NCBI GenBank assembly: GCA_964036045.1
Contig: OZ038378.1
Span: 20,708,001 to 20,772,000, forward strand
DNA from: Eutreptiella sp. 'Long Island Sound 2002'
Taxonomy: Eukaryota; Protista; Euglenida
Length of the DNA stretch: 64,000 nucleotides
Direction: 5' to 3'
In this document: piece by piece, positions 1-13,759 of the stretch
Layout: each line of letters opens with the position of its first letter
Position numbering within the stretch: the stretch's first letter is position 1
The notes under the pieces: generated by a model
Database searches by the model: none
The model's input: only the letters and a program-made list of their open reading frames with translations
What the model was told of the DNA's origin: nothing
Program-made: the position numbers and the translations under genes

Positions 1-519
1 CTGGGCACCCCATGAAGCGGCGATGCGAAACGCGAAACGTGATGAAATGTACGCATTGCAGGATTGGGCACCTTGTGAGGGACCCTCTTCGGTGTTGGGC
101 CGCGCCGAAGAGAAATTGTCCATGCTCCCCCCCCCCCCCCCGCAGGGGGTGTGGGCGGCTACAACCACCATTGCATTGGTGAGGAGGTAGAGTGGAGGGC
201 TCCGTTGTTGTATGCTAACCCCTTAGGCCACCGTGTCCCTGCCACACCTGATATGTGAAACAGTAGCATCAAGTAAGCATGCAAAAGTACGTCACTTTTG
301 AGACAAACCAACCCCCAATTTCGTTCTGCATGCCCCAAAAATGGACAAATACACACTTCTGCAAATCCAAGGTAACCCCGCGCGGCGTGTTTTGGAAAAT
401 TTTAGTTGTGCGCACAAGGGGCAACCCCCCCCCTTTTTTTCGAAGTGGCGAATTTTAGGGAAAACCTCATGACTTCACATTTCGCAGAAATCCCCCCCCC
501 CTTGCACCCACACTCGCAG

Positions 520-3500
520 TGCTCTCTGCCTATCTTGCCTTCGTTTGGTAGGGCTGCTTCCATTGGTGCTGGTGCCCAACCATGCGCTCCGGCTAGGACA
601 AGGGCTCCTATACCGCTTGTACAGCATTGACCTAGCCGTGCTCGTGGCGCATATGGTGGCGGAGGAGGATAGCTAGCGAGGGGGGCAACCCTTGGGCGTC
701 CGTCTTTGGCCCGGCGTGAGGCCCAATGCTGGATGCACAAGGTGGACCGCTGGGGGCGGCTAGGCGTGGGGCTGCAGCTCAGACCGCCCATGCGGCCTTT
801 GGATGCGCCAACGCGGTTGCCGCTGCACTGGCATGGGATACAGTGTTTCTACGGGTGCTGCAATGATGGGTGGGGCCCCGACAGTGGTACTTGGGCCAGG
901 CCCAAGCCACGCACGTGGAGCTGGCTCTAGACTTCAAGCTGCACGCGGGCTGCGCCGTGCTGTGGAGCCGGGGCACAAGCTAGTTGGGCTGGTGTTGCTC
1001 CTGCGTGAGCAGGCGCAGAAGCTCTCATTGGATCACACATTGTTTTTTGTGTGCCGGTGAGTTGCTAGGAGGCCAACTGCGCTAGCTCTGCACCATGTTA
1101 GTCCCCTTGGGGGGCTATCGATGCATGGGCTACATTGAGTCGCCGGTCTTCGTGTGCCCCTGGGCCATGGTGGAGCATGTGTGCACGCTGAAGGCGCACT
1201 ATTGGGCCCTCTAGGCGCGACACATCGTCCCCCTTCCTTAGCAACTACTTGCCTGCACGGGGGTGGACAACCCGTATTGCCCTACGAGCGGGAGGAGGAG
1301 GCTGCAGCCGGCGCTAGCGCCGCCATGGCTGCCATGTCTACCGCGTGAGGTGGGACGCTTGGACCCGGCAGGTGAACTGCCGGGTGCCCACGCTCTACGG
1401 GTTTGGCTCACGGCGCCACGAGCGGAGCCGTAGCGGGCACAATGGGACTCATTGCCGCGGGTTGTGCTAAGCCCCAAGGAGCACCCATCACAAGAGGGCT
1501 TATCCGATGATGCGGCAAAGACTACGGCTGCCCGCGGTGCTGGGATGGACGGAGGAGCTGTCGCCGTCCCTCGTGGCGTGCATGTGTGGCAGTGCGTGGC
1601 TTGCCCTGTGCTGGCTACTGGGGTCTATGGGGTCGGGTGATTGAAAGCTGCTGGAGGTTCTGCACCTGTGCCTAGTCAAGTGGCTTCCCTGCTAGTGTCT
1701 GAATAATAGCCGGCCTATCCTGCTGGAGCCCTACATCTTCAGACTTGAGTCGGGGCTTGTGTTCCAGCGTATGCAATTCATAGCCGAGGCTACCGGTTGG
1801 AATGTCTTTTTGTCGTTTGCCTACCGTGCTGCCCTGTCCCCTGTGTTGTGTGCCCTGCCGTGTCGTTGGCTGGTGGCTTTTTGGCTTACCCGGCACGGTC
1901 ACCTATATGTGGGTGACTGGGATGAGAAAGATGCTTTCTGCAATACTGTCCGCCCGGGCTTGGGCGCTGTCTGCTGGTCCTTGGGTATGTTGGAGATTGC
2001 CGAGTGGGCGGAAGGGTTCTTCGGGCGCTTCCGCGTGGGGGTGGTGACCCCGTTTGGGCTCGGCCGCCCGTACCGCATGGCTCATGGGGGGGCTCAGGGG
2101 GACAACATGGGGGTGGGTCTGTACGGGTGTATGGACGGGGCCTGCTTGAGGTTCAATCAAGGAGTCGTTGATGCCGCGGTGGACCCCTCCACCTTTCTCC
2201 CGCTCGCCTCCTCCTTGTGCCTGCGTGCGCCCTGGGATGCCCGAGTGTGGGTCTTGGAGGTGTCCTTCAGTGACGACCGCCGCCTATTTGGCAAGACGCC
2301 CGACGGGCTCAACCGTGTGCTCCAAGCCAACTGCCATGCCTGCTGGGCGGCGGGCGGCACGCCTAATGCGGTAAAGCTGAAAGCTTCAGCCTCCTGTTGG
2401 AAGGTGGCAACATTCGGTATGAGCCAGGGGTTTGGGACTCCGACCTGGGTCCGGTGGAGTGGGAGAAGGAGGGCTTGTCGATGACAAGGATTCCCCTGGT
2501 GCAGTCGGAAGCCCCAACTGACAAGCTCCGTCGCATGGAGCAGCCTCTCCATCGTATCTTGCGTCCGATGCGGTCCCTCCGCCCCTCGTGGATGCTGGTG
2601 CTGCGTATGGTTGTTGCGTACTCCCTATCCTGTGCTAATTTTGTGTTCGAAGCGGTGGCTGTCATGCCTGCGTGGGTGTTGCAGACCCGGCGTGTGCTCA
2701 AGTTGGTGGCCGTGGCTGCCCTGTCACTACCACCTCATGTCCCCAACATCGCGTAGTATGGCACCATTGCGTCCTTGGGCTTTGGCCTGCCCGATGTACT
2801 CTCGCGCTTTTGTCTTCGCCAAGTGTGCAGGCTGCTCCTCGCCCTGAACAACCCGAATGCCATGGCAAGGAAACTACCCAGTCCCTCTGGTCGGTGCCCA
2901 CCTTGTGTACCCTGCATGTGTTTGACTGGTCATGTCATGTCTCGATGCCACTCCGGCGGAGTACTCTCTGTTTGCAGTGTGTGTGGCCACGCTTAGTGAC
3001 GCACCGGTGTGGTGCGAGCGCGGCCCGGCGGAGCTACACTGCCCGGTCGATGTAGTCACGGATGTGTCTCGGGATGGGGGCACGGTGGGCTGGTCGGCGG
3101 TCGTTGTCTCGCCCCAGGGTGCTGTGGTGGAGGCTTGGTCTGGGTGCGCCATGGTAGGTGTGTCGTTGTGGGTGGCCGAATGGTGTGGCAAGGCGCTGGC
3201 ACTGTGGCTCTTGGGTGAGCTGGGGGTGCCCCTGAGCTCCGTCCGCTCCTTCGTGGCGGACAACACGGGGGCCACCTATGGTGAGGACGGCGCCTGTGCC
3301 TCCCAGTGCTCGTGGGTCAACACCGTGCATCTCCGGTACGCCGCCACCTTGCCGCAGAGTGGTGCAGCGGAGATCTATGTACTGGCGCAGCATAACTTAG
3401 GGTCCTATTCGCCGGCGGCGTTAGTGCAAGCAAGGTCTAATGCTCGGGCCAAACAGGGCATGCAAGCTGCCGGGTACGGGTGCGTCCCCTTCCGTGAGTG

Positions 3501-4860
3501 GCTGGGTAGCCACTTCTGCCTCGTGTGGCTTGGCGTGCTAGCCTCCAACCCCTTGGCTGTCCTGGAGGCCTACTATAGTGAGGCTCATGTTTTTATCTCT
3601 GACGTGCAGGGTTGTCTGCTGCGTGGGTCCGCTGTGTCAAGTCTGGCCGTGTCTCACCGCAGTCCCTGTCCGCGGTAGTCTGGCTGCGTACCGCCCTCCA
3701 CCGCCACGTGGAGCCCGAGCCCGTTTTCACATGCCATTTATGCTGGCGCCCGTGCGTGAGTTGGGGGCCCCACCTGTGGTATGAGTGTCCCTGTGCGGTG
3801 TGGGGGGCTCGCTACGCGTTTGCCTCTGCTCTCACCCTGCTCCCGTGCGATGGTCGTGTGTGGCACTCGCCCTACCACTACACTGTGTACAGGAGTGATC
3901 GTGTGGTAGTTTGGGCCCTTGCCCATGCATCTGCCTTCCCGGGTCTGATGCAGTATACCCCCTGTCCTGACGTGTCTGTGACCTGGTCGGGGTTGGTGCA
4001 TTCCCCGCGGGGCCCCCCGGTCGTCCTGGCAGCGGAGAGGGATCTTACCATAGAGTCATATGTGGGGGCACTCGGCGCCTGGTTGGTGTTACCCCCGCGC
4101 CTTTGGCGCGAGCGGCTGCTCGACATGACCCCCCGGGACTGGGGTTGGCCTCATCAGTGGGTGGCGGTGGCACTGGCGGCGTCGCTTGTGCATTGTCTAG
4201 GGCGCCCTATGGGCGCGGTGTCATATGTGGCCTGGGAGCTGTTGGGAGGGGGAGCTGTCCGGTGCCCGTCGGCATGTCCGGTCCTACTGGGCTCCCCCCC
4301 CCCTACATCTACCATCTGTCATCTTTGTTGCCCCCGCCCCCTTGCAGTGCCACAATGGTGCTGCCTACACAGTGGTGCGGGTGGCTGATTCGTTGTATGT
4401 CTCGTTCCCCGAGGCTCTTCCCGCCCCACCCCTCTACTCTGCTCTGACCCTCATGGGTATGGACGAATGGTCCGACACCGCGCCGCCGGTGCCCCCGCCG
4501 CCTGATGGAGTGGACGACACAGCATCGGACTCGGGGGCTTCGTCCCACAGTGACGCTTCCTCGCACAATGACGACCCGCTCGAATGATGCCCGCCATGCT
4601 GCTTTCTCTGTCCGGTTGCTCTTGCTAGGGAGGTCGAGGGCACGGCTGTGTGTGAGCTACAGTGAGTGTGGGGCACCGACTTGAGGCCCCTGCAGTGCGC
4701 GTGGGGTGCCAACTATGGCCCCTGCGGAGTGAGTGGGGCACCGACTCTGGGCCTCTGCAGCGTGACTAGGGGGCCCACTAGGGCCCCTACTGGGTGGATA
4801 CGGGATGCCGGCTTCGGGCCCTTGGGCGTGAAGGGCGTGAACCCCCCCCCTCCTCCACCC
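520..4860 (+). mobile_element. Decayed non-LTR retrotransposon (LINE) with reverse transcriptase, RNase H and C-terminal CCHC finger; broken by stops and frameshifts
   Basis: ORF 1759-2484 has RT motifs YVGDWDEKDAF (D..KAFD-like), HGGAQGDNMG (G.PQG) and VSFSDD (YADD-like, 2266-2277). ORF 2932-3678 has RNase H-like D-V-S-R-D-G-G..GWSAVV, AEWCG..LAL and VADN. CHLC-x9-H-x4-C lies at 3732-3788. A GC-rich 3' region with ~65-bp direct repeats lies at 4660-4770. Boundaries are approximate. Confidence 0.75.
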
Positions 4861-6743
4861 ACACGGTCACAAGGGGGGGGGCAGTTTTGGGACCACCCCC
4901 CCCCTCCCCGGGGCAAGGCAAGGCGTATTTCTTATGTGCTGTTGTGAGAGCCGCAGGGAACACTGTGATGAAAGGGCTGGCGAGCCAGAGAGAGCAGGGA
5001 AGCGTAGAGACAAGCCGCGGTGTGCATGGTTCATGACTAACCGGCGCCAATGGGTGGGGGAGAGGTGACCCAGACAGCCTCGGAAACATTCGATAGCCAC
5101 CTCGTGTGGTGAACTCAAGGCAACATTCGGCACTGGTCCGGTTTGCACTCCGGTGCAGAAGGCAAAGCAATGCACAGAGAGAGTTGTGGCGATGACTATA
5201 TGCTTGTGACACGGGAGTAATATGTGAGCTGTGTATCCGTTGCTTCATGCCCGGGGCAAGGCAACGTTTCGGAGGTTTTTCCCCCTTCCCTCCCCCTCCC
5301 ACAGCTCTGCGAGGCACAGGGGGAGGAGCGCATGGAGGGGCGCAGGGTCAGGTTCCGGGCAGCCCTCCCTCCTCCCCTCAGCTGAAAGCCCTGCCTGGCA
5401 CTGAGGGTGATTGTCTGGGACAGGGTAGGGTCAGGGCCAGCCCCCCCCGCCCCCATAGCCGCGGGCCCTGCTAGGCACTGGAGGTGACAATTATGACCAG
5501 GGCCAGGGTCAGGCGGTGGGCACCGGAGCTTGGCCTCGGCGGGAAGGGAGGCGCAGGAGAGGGCAGGGAACCCCCCTCCCCCCCCAAGGCAGCTGCCAGC
5601 GGTGTGCAGACTGAAGGACTCGCCGTTGGTGTTTGGTTTGAGGACCACGTCAGAGAAGCTGCAAAGCGAGTCCGTGCTGCGGAGATCAGGTTGCCATGGA
5701 TGTATGTCACAGCCGAGTTGGCGCACACATCACTTTCTGGGTGGCTATGGTTTCCTTGTTTGTGCGATGGATCCATGATAGTCTAAGCTATTTGGTGAGC
5801 TGCAAAAATCCTGGGCAGCTCGAGCTCGGAAATCGATTTTTGCAACTCTCAACATCGAAGAGTCTTTTGTGATTGCACGTCGAGTCACACCAATCTCCTA
5901 GCATATTCATCCACTATGACCACAATCCAAAGGTTTGGGTTCCAATGACCGCCTTTCACCTAAAACTCCGTCATTTTCAAGATGCACAACGAGGGGTTTG
6001 AGAAAAGCCTTCATTTGCCTTGTTTTTGGCGGAAAAAATTCAACCGTTTTTGATCCCCCAAAGAAAAACTTCTGCGCCTTAGGCAGCACAATTTATAGTT
6101 CGCCACAGTGCCACTGCGCCCTTTCACTGACATTGCCAACAGCCTCCAAAGCCCCTCCACCACCCCACCCCCACCCACATGAAAAACAATACGTCAATCT
6201 TATTTCCATCTCCTACTGCATTGTGATTTGACCAAAATATTGGGGAAATGCGGGGTCGTAGCGGCCTGGTCGCTAAGGAAGTGGGCGTGGGGCAAAGAGA
6301 GTCTTCCACAAACAAAAGGCTTCCAAGGGTTAACACGACAATTTCTCATGAGCCTAGGCATTTTTTGCTGCAACGAGCCATGGTCACGGCTGGGCTTTGG
6401 GTGGCAAGTAGTTTTGAGATGATGTTCCTTGTATTTTTCTTGTTCGCCCCGTGTCTTCCTTTGCTTTTCCGTTGTGCCATGGGCGCTTCTGGTTTCTCCT
6501 TGGTGAGTGACGTTGCTTTGGCATGGGCAGCCATGGGGGTCGAGGCTCTCCTTAGGTGCACAGGGGACAACCAGGTTTCGTGTTGTTGTTGTTTTGTTGA
6601 TTGTATGGACGGCCCTTACTCTGGCTCACAGCTAATGGCATGGCTGTTGCACTTCATCCACGGAATCGGCGCAACATTGTGCGGCCTGTTTCTGACGCTA
6701 TGCAACGCAATTATTGGCTGCAATGCTAGCGTCTCTTCTGCAG

Positions 6744-9700
6744 ACCGTGCTGCATGGGAGGCGCGTGGCATCCCGAGCCCAAACATGCCCAAGTTCATGC
6801 GGCACGAGTGTTGGACGGACGCTGTGTTCTTGCACTGGCGATTGGAACCCGAAGCATTGCAAGCAGTGTTACCGGTGGGACTTGAACCGCACCTGGACTC
6901 CAATGGGTATGCTCATTTGTATGCTTCCATGTTTGATCGAGTCCCCACAGTATGGATGGTACGAGACGAAACCTAAGTTTGGGGACAAGGAGAACAATGA
7001 GGTACCAATCGGAGTCGATCGGAGAACCTGGTGAAGCCAGTCTCCGGGGGTCGGCGTATCTGTAAGCCTCTACAGGACCAGCTTTGTGGATCTATCGTCT
7101 CTCATTACCTTTTTCCTCCATGGTCACTGTTCTATGTCTTCCACAGCCAACCCCCAGGATAAGTGAGGACAGGAAATGGGCATGGTGTAAGCACAGACAG
7201 GGGTTGGTTGTGAAATGCAGCGCAGGTGAGGGTGTAGGGAAGGCATGGATGGAATCGCCTGTGAGGCAAGCAGGCATGGATGGCAGGGGGAGGGGGGGGG
7301 GGCAAAGGGGGGGCTTTTTGCTTGGAAATGCCCAAAGCTGGTTCAAGTGTCAGTCCGTGTGGTTCCACGGCAAATGGGTTTGGCTGTAACCAAAGCATAT
7401 GGGGGCGCCTTGAGCGCAGTGCGCGCACAGTGCAATTATTTGGCCGTTTGGTCGCACCAAGGACTTGTAGTAAGCACCTCTTGTGGGACACAATAGTGCC
7501 AACTACCACACAAAGTTGGTTGCAAAAGTGGTGTTTTTTCTTTCTGAAGGATGGTGGAGGAGGGTTGTGAAGCCGCAATCCACATTAGTTTAGAGGGATT
7601 TGTGCATTTTAGCACGGTACAAGAGGATTTTTGTTACCTTCTTGCCATACATTTGTTTCTGCATGTGTGCCTTATCAGCTTGCATGTGCGCATCAATCCC
7701 ATACTCTGCGGTATCACTGGGGTATCATTATGTATCCCACGTGTGGAGCAATCAACGAAACATGCAAGGCTGGCCCAATGCCATTGAAGCAAAATGGTGT
7801 GGGCAGGAGATATTAAGGTTCCCACATACAGGCATTTGCCTACACTGCAAGGACACTGGTCCATGGTTGATCCATCATACTTGTTCTGTTGTCTATGTTG
7901 CATGTTTTCTTGGTCTAAGGGGAAGATAAGGAACAACGGTGTGCAATTTTTGGGTGTCCACAGAACAACCCAATTTGTGTTGATTTGGAGGCTTTATCGA
8001 ACAATGTATCTTACAACAGGGCGTATTGCACGCGCATTGCTGGCATTCCGCGGATACCCCTATGCAGATGCCTAGAAGCAAAGATGATGTTGCACAAACA
8101 CCCGGCGCGTCCACTGCAGCAAACAACCATGTGACGGCCTTCGAAGACTGCAGGAAGCCGCGGCACACATGCGAGCAAGCAGCGGTATGCAACAGCTCAT
8201 GCAGCGCACAAGACACTTCTTGGAAGGAGTGACACAAAGAGGTCTGCTGGTCGGCTCGCGGACCACGTGGATCTACCCAAATGTGCCTCCGGCAGGGCTG
8301 TCCTTCATCAGCGGCTTTTTTCTGTTTTAAACAATGGACAGCCCAAGGAAGAGCCCTCGAGGCTGGTGGTGATCCGCCAACAGCTTGATGTAACTAAATG
8401 GGCATTGGTTCGTTCATTAATAACCGACTGCGGGCAAAGGTGCATGTGTCTTCTCTTTACCAGTGACAAACTCCAGATGGATTTGTTGCTGGAGGGTTTG
8501 ACATTTTGCTGTGTGTAGTGCCCGGTCGCCTTTACCATGTCAATGTGTGCATTTGTTGGGTCAAGCGTAAATCAATTTTTCTTTCTGAGGTAAAGGACGG
8601 CCCTGACCTTTGGCTCATCCCCATTGCTGTGGCAAAAGGTACAAAGATGGGGGTCGTTCTGTTGACCGCGTCCAGCTCTATATCACCACCGCAGGGACGC
8701 CTGGATAGGGCTGGTGCTGCTGACGGAGGAGGGCATTCGCCCCATCTTCTGTCCCGACGCTTGGAACTGGGCTGCGATCACCCACGAGGCCGTCAACGTC
8801 CGCACGTATGTGCGGCCCTCGGGGGGGGGACCCCCCGGCATCTACTTCCTGACGCTGGACGCCACTTCCGCCATCGCGACCCTTGGGGCGTTCGCGCTCT
8901 TCCGCCTGCCCTACCGCTTCGCACGCATTGTGCGCACGCGGCGCCGGACAGATGAGGGCGTGGTGCATCACCGCTTCACGGCCCAGAGGGTGCGGTTTCT
9001 GTGGTGGCGGACCTCTTTGCCTTCACTGGATCTTGAAGTGAAGGTTCGTGCATCGGGAATGGGATGGACAGGGGCGTCCTCAAGGAACAGGATTCCTCGT
9101 TTTCTTTTGCTCGAGGAAAGCCATTGGCATGTTGGTGGTTGATCGCTGTTGCCACGCAGCGAATCGCTGGCGGTTGACGATGAGGTGCTGTTGGTGATCA
9201 CCCGAAGGCAGTAATCGGTTGATAGACAGCTGTCCACGGCGGGTATTAGTGCTGGATGCTGGCGCTTGGTGCATGTCCGCCGTTTTAAACTGGTACCATG
9301 TCCAGCAAATGAGGGTGTTGTGTCATGTCGTGTTGTTGGTAATTTCAGGATCTCTCCCAGTACTCACTGATCAGACATTATCAGACCTGTACTTGCACCC
9401 TCTGGTCACACAAATAGCCTCAGTGGGCGAATTCAAGGCAACAAATGGTGCACTGCTAGTCTTGCACACAGGCAGTCATGGAGGCAAAAGGATGATGGAT
9501 TGCCGATAGCATAAGGGTCAGGTCATGCTGGTTCTTTTCAGACCCGTTAGGGTGACCTTTCTGGTGCACTCAGAGTGGGTGGTTTGGAGCAATGGGCTTG
9601 GGTGGAGGGATGACAGCAGGACCTCCCTCCCCTTGTCCAAGCAACGCCTATGTCCAAGCAACACTAGGCGTTCGTTCCGTCAATTTTCGCACCGTGGATT

Positions 9701-10337
9701 TTGGCGGTGCAGTTTTCAATTGGTCCTACTGTGCGGTATGTGTGCTGTCTGATATTGGTTTTGAGATGCATGATGTTCATATTTTGTGTCAAGGAGGCTG
9801 ATTTGGGCATGATGGCATTGGTAGCGTATTTTGCCCCTTGGTTTTCAGAACAGTACAGCATGTCTTTCCGCATGTACCATGCACAGTGTAACGCGTAAGC
9901 AACACCCTTGGCCATTGGTTCCGTCAATTTCTGGTCATTTACCGTTGCTTGGACAGGGGGAGGGGTTACAACCCTGGAAACGCAAATGTCCCTTGCCCGA
10001 GTTTCGCTGAAGAACACGCGTGTACCCGCTCTGTCCGCAGGTGTCAGCCAAGCCCTCAGAGGCCCAGAGGGATGTCAGTGACCCTCGCGGTGTGGCCTGT
10101 GACCCTGGCTTCTTTGTGGACCGCTACTGCCTGTACAACCGCCTGCCATTTCGCAGGGGCTGGTTCCGGGGGACCATTACCCACGCGCCGTGGGTGCTGC
10201 ATGAAGCCCATGTGGTCGCACTGCAGTCGACCTTTGTAGAGTCACATGGCCTGGGCCCGCTGCGGGAGCCCCCGGTGGTGCACTTTGGGTCTGTGCACGG
10301 CCCAATTGATTTCTTTCTGTTTCAAGGCGTGGCTTGA
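6744..10337 (+). CDS. DUF2071/YqjF-family protein, spliced, 5' exon(s) unresolved. Exons 6744-6906, 8695-9043 (alternative donor after 8989), 10041-10337
   Basis: Family motifs occur in order: WTDAVFLHWRLEPEALQAVLPVGLEP, DAWIGLVLL, VNVRTYVR..GPPGIYFLTLDA, FRLPY, FFVDRYCLY, ITHAPWVL. Intron 6907-8694 is GT..CAG and restores GG|G-GAC (NG|DAW). The acceptor CAG at 10038-10040 is phase 0. The acceptor at 6743 is phase 1 and needs an upstream exon. Confidence 0.8.
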
Positions 10338-10559
10338 GTCCGTTCCCCGTGCAAAGGCTGCGTCTGGGGGACGAAAACGGAAGAAGACCGCGGGAGGCGT
10401 CCTGGAAGACACCAAACTGACCTTTTTGCTGAGACGGGGACCAGTGTGGGATGGTCATGGGATGGTCATGGGACGCTGCAATGTTCTGGAAGCACCCCAA
10501 GCCGACGCCCCAAGCCCCGCTCCTGGCAATGTTATGGATTCCGGGAAGCGTGTGCATTG

Positions 10560-11300
10560 GTATCAGCATCCATACCTCAACCTTTTCAAATATCACTGGG
10601 CATTCTCGAAGCACGGGGTACCTTGAATGTGCTCACGAACATGGTCTGGCCACAGTCCGATTGGGGTGCGCTGGGGGGGGCACCAGCGGGTGGTCGTTTG
10701 GCCAAAAAGGCACCGTTTACACCGGGAGTGGTAATTGGACAAGACCGTGCACACTTCCGCAACTTGCCAGTGAAAATGTATGCCAAGCCCCAGATACCTT
10801 TGGCTGCCTTTGCCCAAACACTATCTACACAATGCTCAGTGCCAGCAGGATTTGCATCAGAGTGTCTGTTTTTGTGTGCAAGCCCCTGAATTTGGAGTCA
10901 GGGTGGCAAGCCACGTGCAGGTCATTTCAACGGTCGCATATGATTTTACCCTGATCGACAACTCAACACACAGGCAGAACCGCTCTCCCACTTGCCTGTA
11001 CGGCAATGGCGCAGTTCCTTGCTGCCTGGGGAAAGTACGTTCGTTTGCACCTCAGGCTTTGGCTCGGCTGTTCATTTATGCCAGCCAGTCATGGCGCTGA
11101 CAGACCACCACCCCATTGGTGTGATCCCGCAACGAACCCTGTGCAGAACTGAGCCCTGGGCCTGAACAGACCGATGCCTCCGAATTTGTGATACGCCCAT
11201 TTCTGATGCTCTGGAATTGAATGCACAAGGGCTCCGCACCATCAATGCCATCCAACCGTGAACACCGGACGTAACCTCGGACGCAGGCAACACCCATTGT
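10560..11300 (-). mobile_element. Heavily decayed LINE-type reverse transcriptase fragment
   Basis: Minus-strand pieces RSVQAQGSVL (G..QG), LA*MNS (possible remnant of YMDD), YRQVGERFCLCV and QRYLGLGIHFHW (YLG thumb motif) occur in the expected order, across frameshifts. Confidence 0.35.
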
Positions 11301-12399
11301 CACAGGCACCAAAAGTAGTCCATATCCCTATTTCTCAACCCCAAATAAGCATCCGTCAAAATTTAAGTAAAATGGTTTCTCTTCGAATACTTCGGTCACA
11401 GTTGCTTACATGGGTCCACAAATGTAACATCCGACTCTGACCATATACAGTTTGGGCAGTTCACATCAACCGGGCCTTAATAACGGTTGTGGGGAAGCGA
11501 AAGGTCACGAGGGCAAGAAAACACTGGCCGAGACATTCATTTGCACCTCCCAGTGCTGGCGAGTCTTCAGCGAGTTGTGACACCCGGGGCAGAATATGAG
11601 GCCTTCGATCAAATTTCTTTGCTGCTTACCTGTGGAGATACTACAACCTCTTGGTCGCTTTGACTTGCTGAGGAGTCGGGAAAAAGAGTTGCGCAAAAAC
11701 AATCTGCAACACTGTGCCAGGCTGCCGCCGTGCATTGGTGCAGAATCGGAGGAAGCAGTGGGGCAAGGGGTATTGGAATCTCTGGATGCATGTTCTCATT
11801 GCTGTCTTTTTGACCTCATTGCCTTCGCATAGGCCTGTATTGCTGCTTAGTTTTGCAGCACACCTCCTGCAGCAGAGCTGATTGCTTTTGCTTTTTTCTT
11901 TCTTTGCTAGAGCTCAAGATTGCCATTAACCGAATGCAGGGCGGTCTTTATGGAGCCAAGCCAATCACCTTGCAGAGAGCAAAATCAGGCATGGTTGCAT
12001 CATTGAGCAACACCACACACACCTTTTGTTGGTGCGCTCGCATATCATACCCCATATTGTAAAATCCTTCATTTGCAATATACAAGGGTTCTCTGGTGCA
12101 AACCAACAAAACCCCCGATTCCTTACCAAACCCCCCCCCCGAGGGGGTTTTGCCGTTTTTTTTTAAGGCTGCGTCGGGGGGCTTTTGGTAAGAATGGTGG
12201 TGGTGGTGGTGGGGTGGTGGTTTATTGGTATCAATTGGTGTTTTTGTGCCAACAACTGGTGGGATTTTTTTGGGTACCTTTCGTTGGGTTTTTTTATCTT
12301 TACTTAGGGGTTTTCATGGTAAACGTTGGCGTTTTGGAGCCGTATTGACCCCCCTTCCCCCGCCCTATGGGGACCTATGGGACCACTTGGTGGCCACGT

Positions 12400-12790
12400 T
12401 GACTTTTCCCCACTTTGGGGACCCAAAAGGCAGGGGTTATGTAGCCGTGTTGAGTCCTCCCCGCTTTGGGGACCCCAAGATGGCAGGGTGCGTGTGGTCA
12501 TTTTCATTCTGCTCCAGTCTGGAGCCCCAAAAATGGCAAGGGTTAGGCAACCACTTCCTCTCCACTCTGGAACCCGAGAAGGCAGGGGTTCTGTCGCCAT
12601 TTTGATTTCCTCCCCACATCGGGGGCCTCAGACGGCAGGGGTTATGTAGCCACTTTGCCCATGGGCCCCCAACACGGCAGGAATCGTCATATAGCCACTT
12701 TGCCAACGTATCGCCTTCAAGATGGTTATGTAGCCATTTTGATTTCCTCTCCCCATTAGACGGGCGGGTCAGACGACAGGGATTAGGTAG
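12400..12790. repeat. Cluster of a dispersed repeat family built on a GGCAGGGGTTATGTAGCCA-type motif
   Basis: The motif recurs at ~12431, 12674 and 12723. Related copies occur at 26930-26995 and, inverted (TGGCTACATAACC), at 53846-53975. Confidence 0.6.
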
Positions 12791-13759
12791 CTTGTTGTTG
12801 ATGGTGGCTACTTGGGCTGCTGCAATGAAGAAAGACAGTGCCCACACCCCTACCAAGGAAACACCATGGCCTGCTTCTCTTTGCGAGGGCCCTCCTAAAA
12901 CGGCAACCATGCCGGTGTCAGGTGGTGAGCACACACACCCCAGCCCCGTGTTTGTCAAGGTTGGGAAGAAGCTGTTTGAGGTTCCTGCTTGCTATGGTGG
13001 TAGTTTGAAGGATCACCAGGAGGTGTCTAATGGCAAACATAGAAAAAAAACAATGGTCTGCTCCTTGGCAGAAGCAACCAACTAATGTGGACCAAGTAAC
13101 ACAAAAAACTGCAATAGAAACAGAAACATGAACGCACAAAATCAGTATTGCTGCAACCAAAGCACAAACACGCACAAACATTGCAAACGCTTTGGTCATG
13201 TCTACTGCCACGCTCTGCCATGGCCTTTGCTGAATTGAACAAGCAGGCCAACCACTGGTGGACGGTGCACTGTCCAACGAGCCACATGTCAATTCTCCGT
13301 ATCACCCCCATTTGGCGCCAAGGGATATCTCCACGTTCATTTTGCAGGCCAATCCTGTGCCATATTCTTTCTCGATCCAGTGCCAGGGAATATGTATGCC
13401 AGCACCCCAGACACTCGCACTAGCTTTGCTGTGGTGTAGATGGCAATTGCGTGTTGTTTTTTTGTTCTTTGGCATTGCAATTTGTATGCTTCTACTATAT
13501 AGCAACATTGCAACATTGTTTTTTTACATGCTTTCGTGCGTTGTGTTGTGGTTGTTGTTCAACAATTTAGGATGCAAGGTTCATGGTATGTGTGTGCCGG
13601 CGTTTTTGATTGGTCCAATAATTCCAATAAGAATCAAGGGAGTTTTTGTAGTAAAGCTGGGTTTTCCTGGTCAGGAACTGATTTTTTTTTGGGAACGATA
13701 AGGGTTTTTTTTTGGTTTCGCTTTGGAGAGGTTTTCATCAGGAATGGGTGTGTTTTGGG

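Noticed and set aside
5484-6560. Candidate first exons of the DUF2071 gene (5484-5786 ORF; 6380-6560 hydrophobic frame)
   Set aside because: I could not find a unique phase-consistent splice path to the phase-1 acceptor at 6743.
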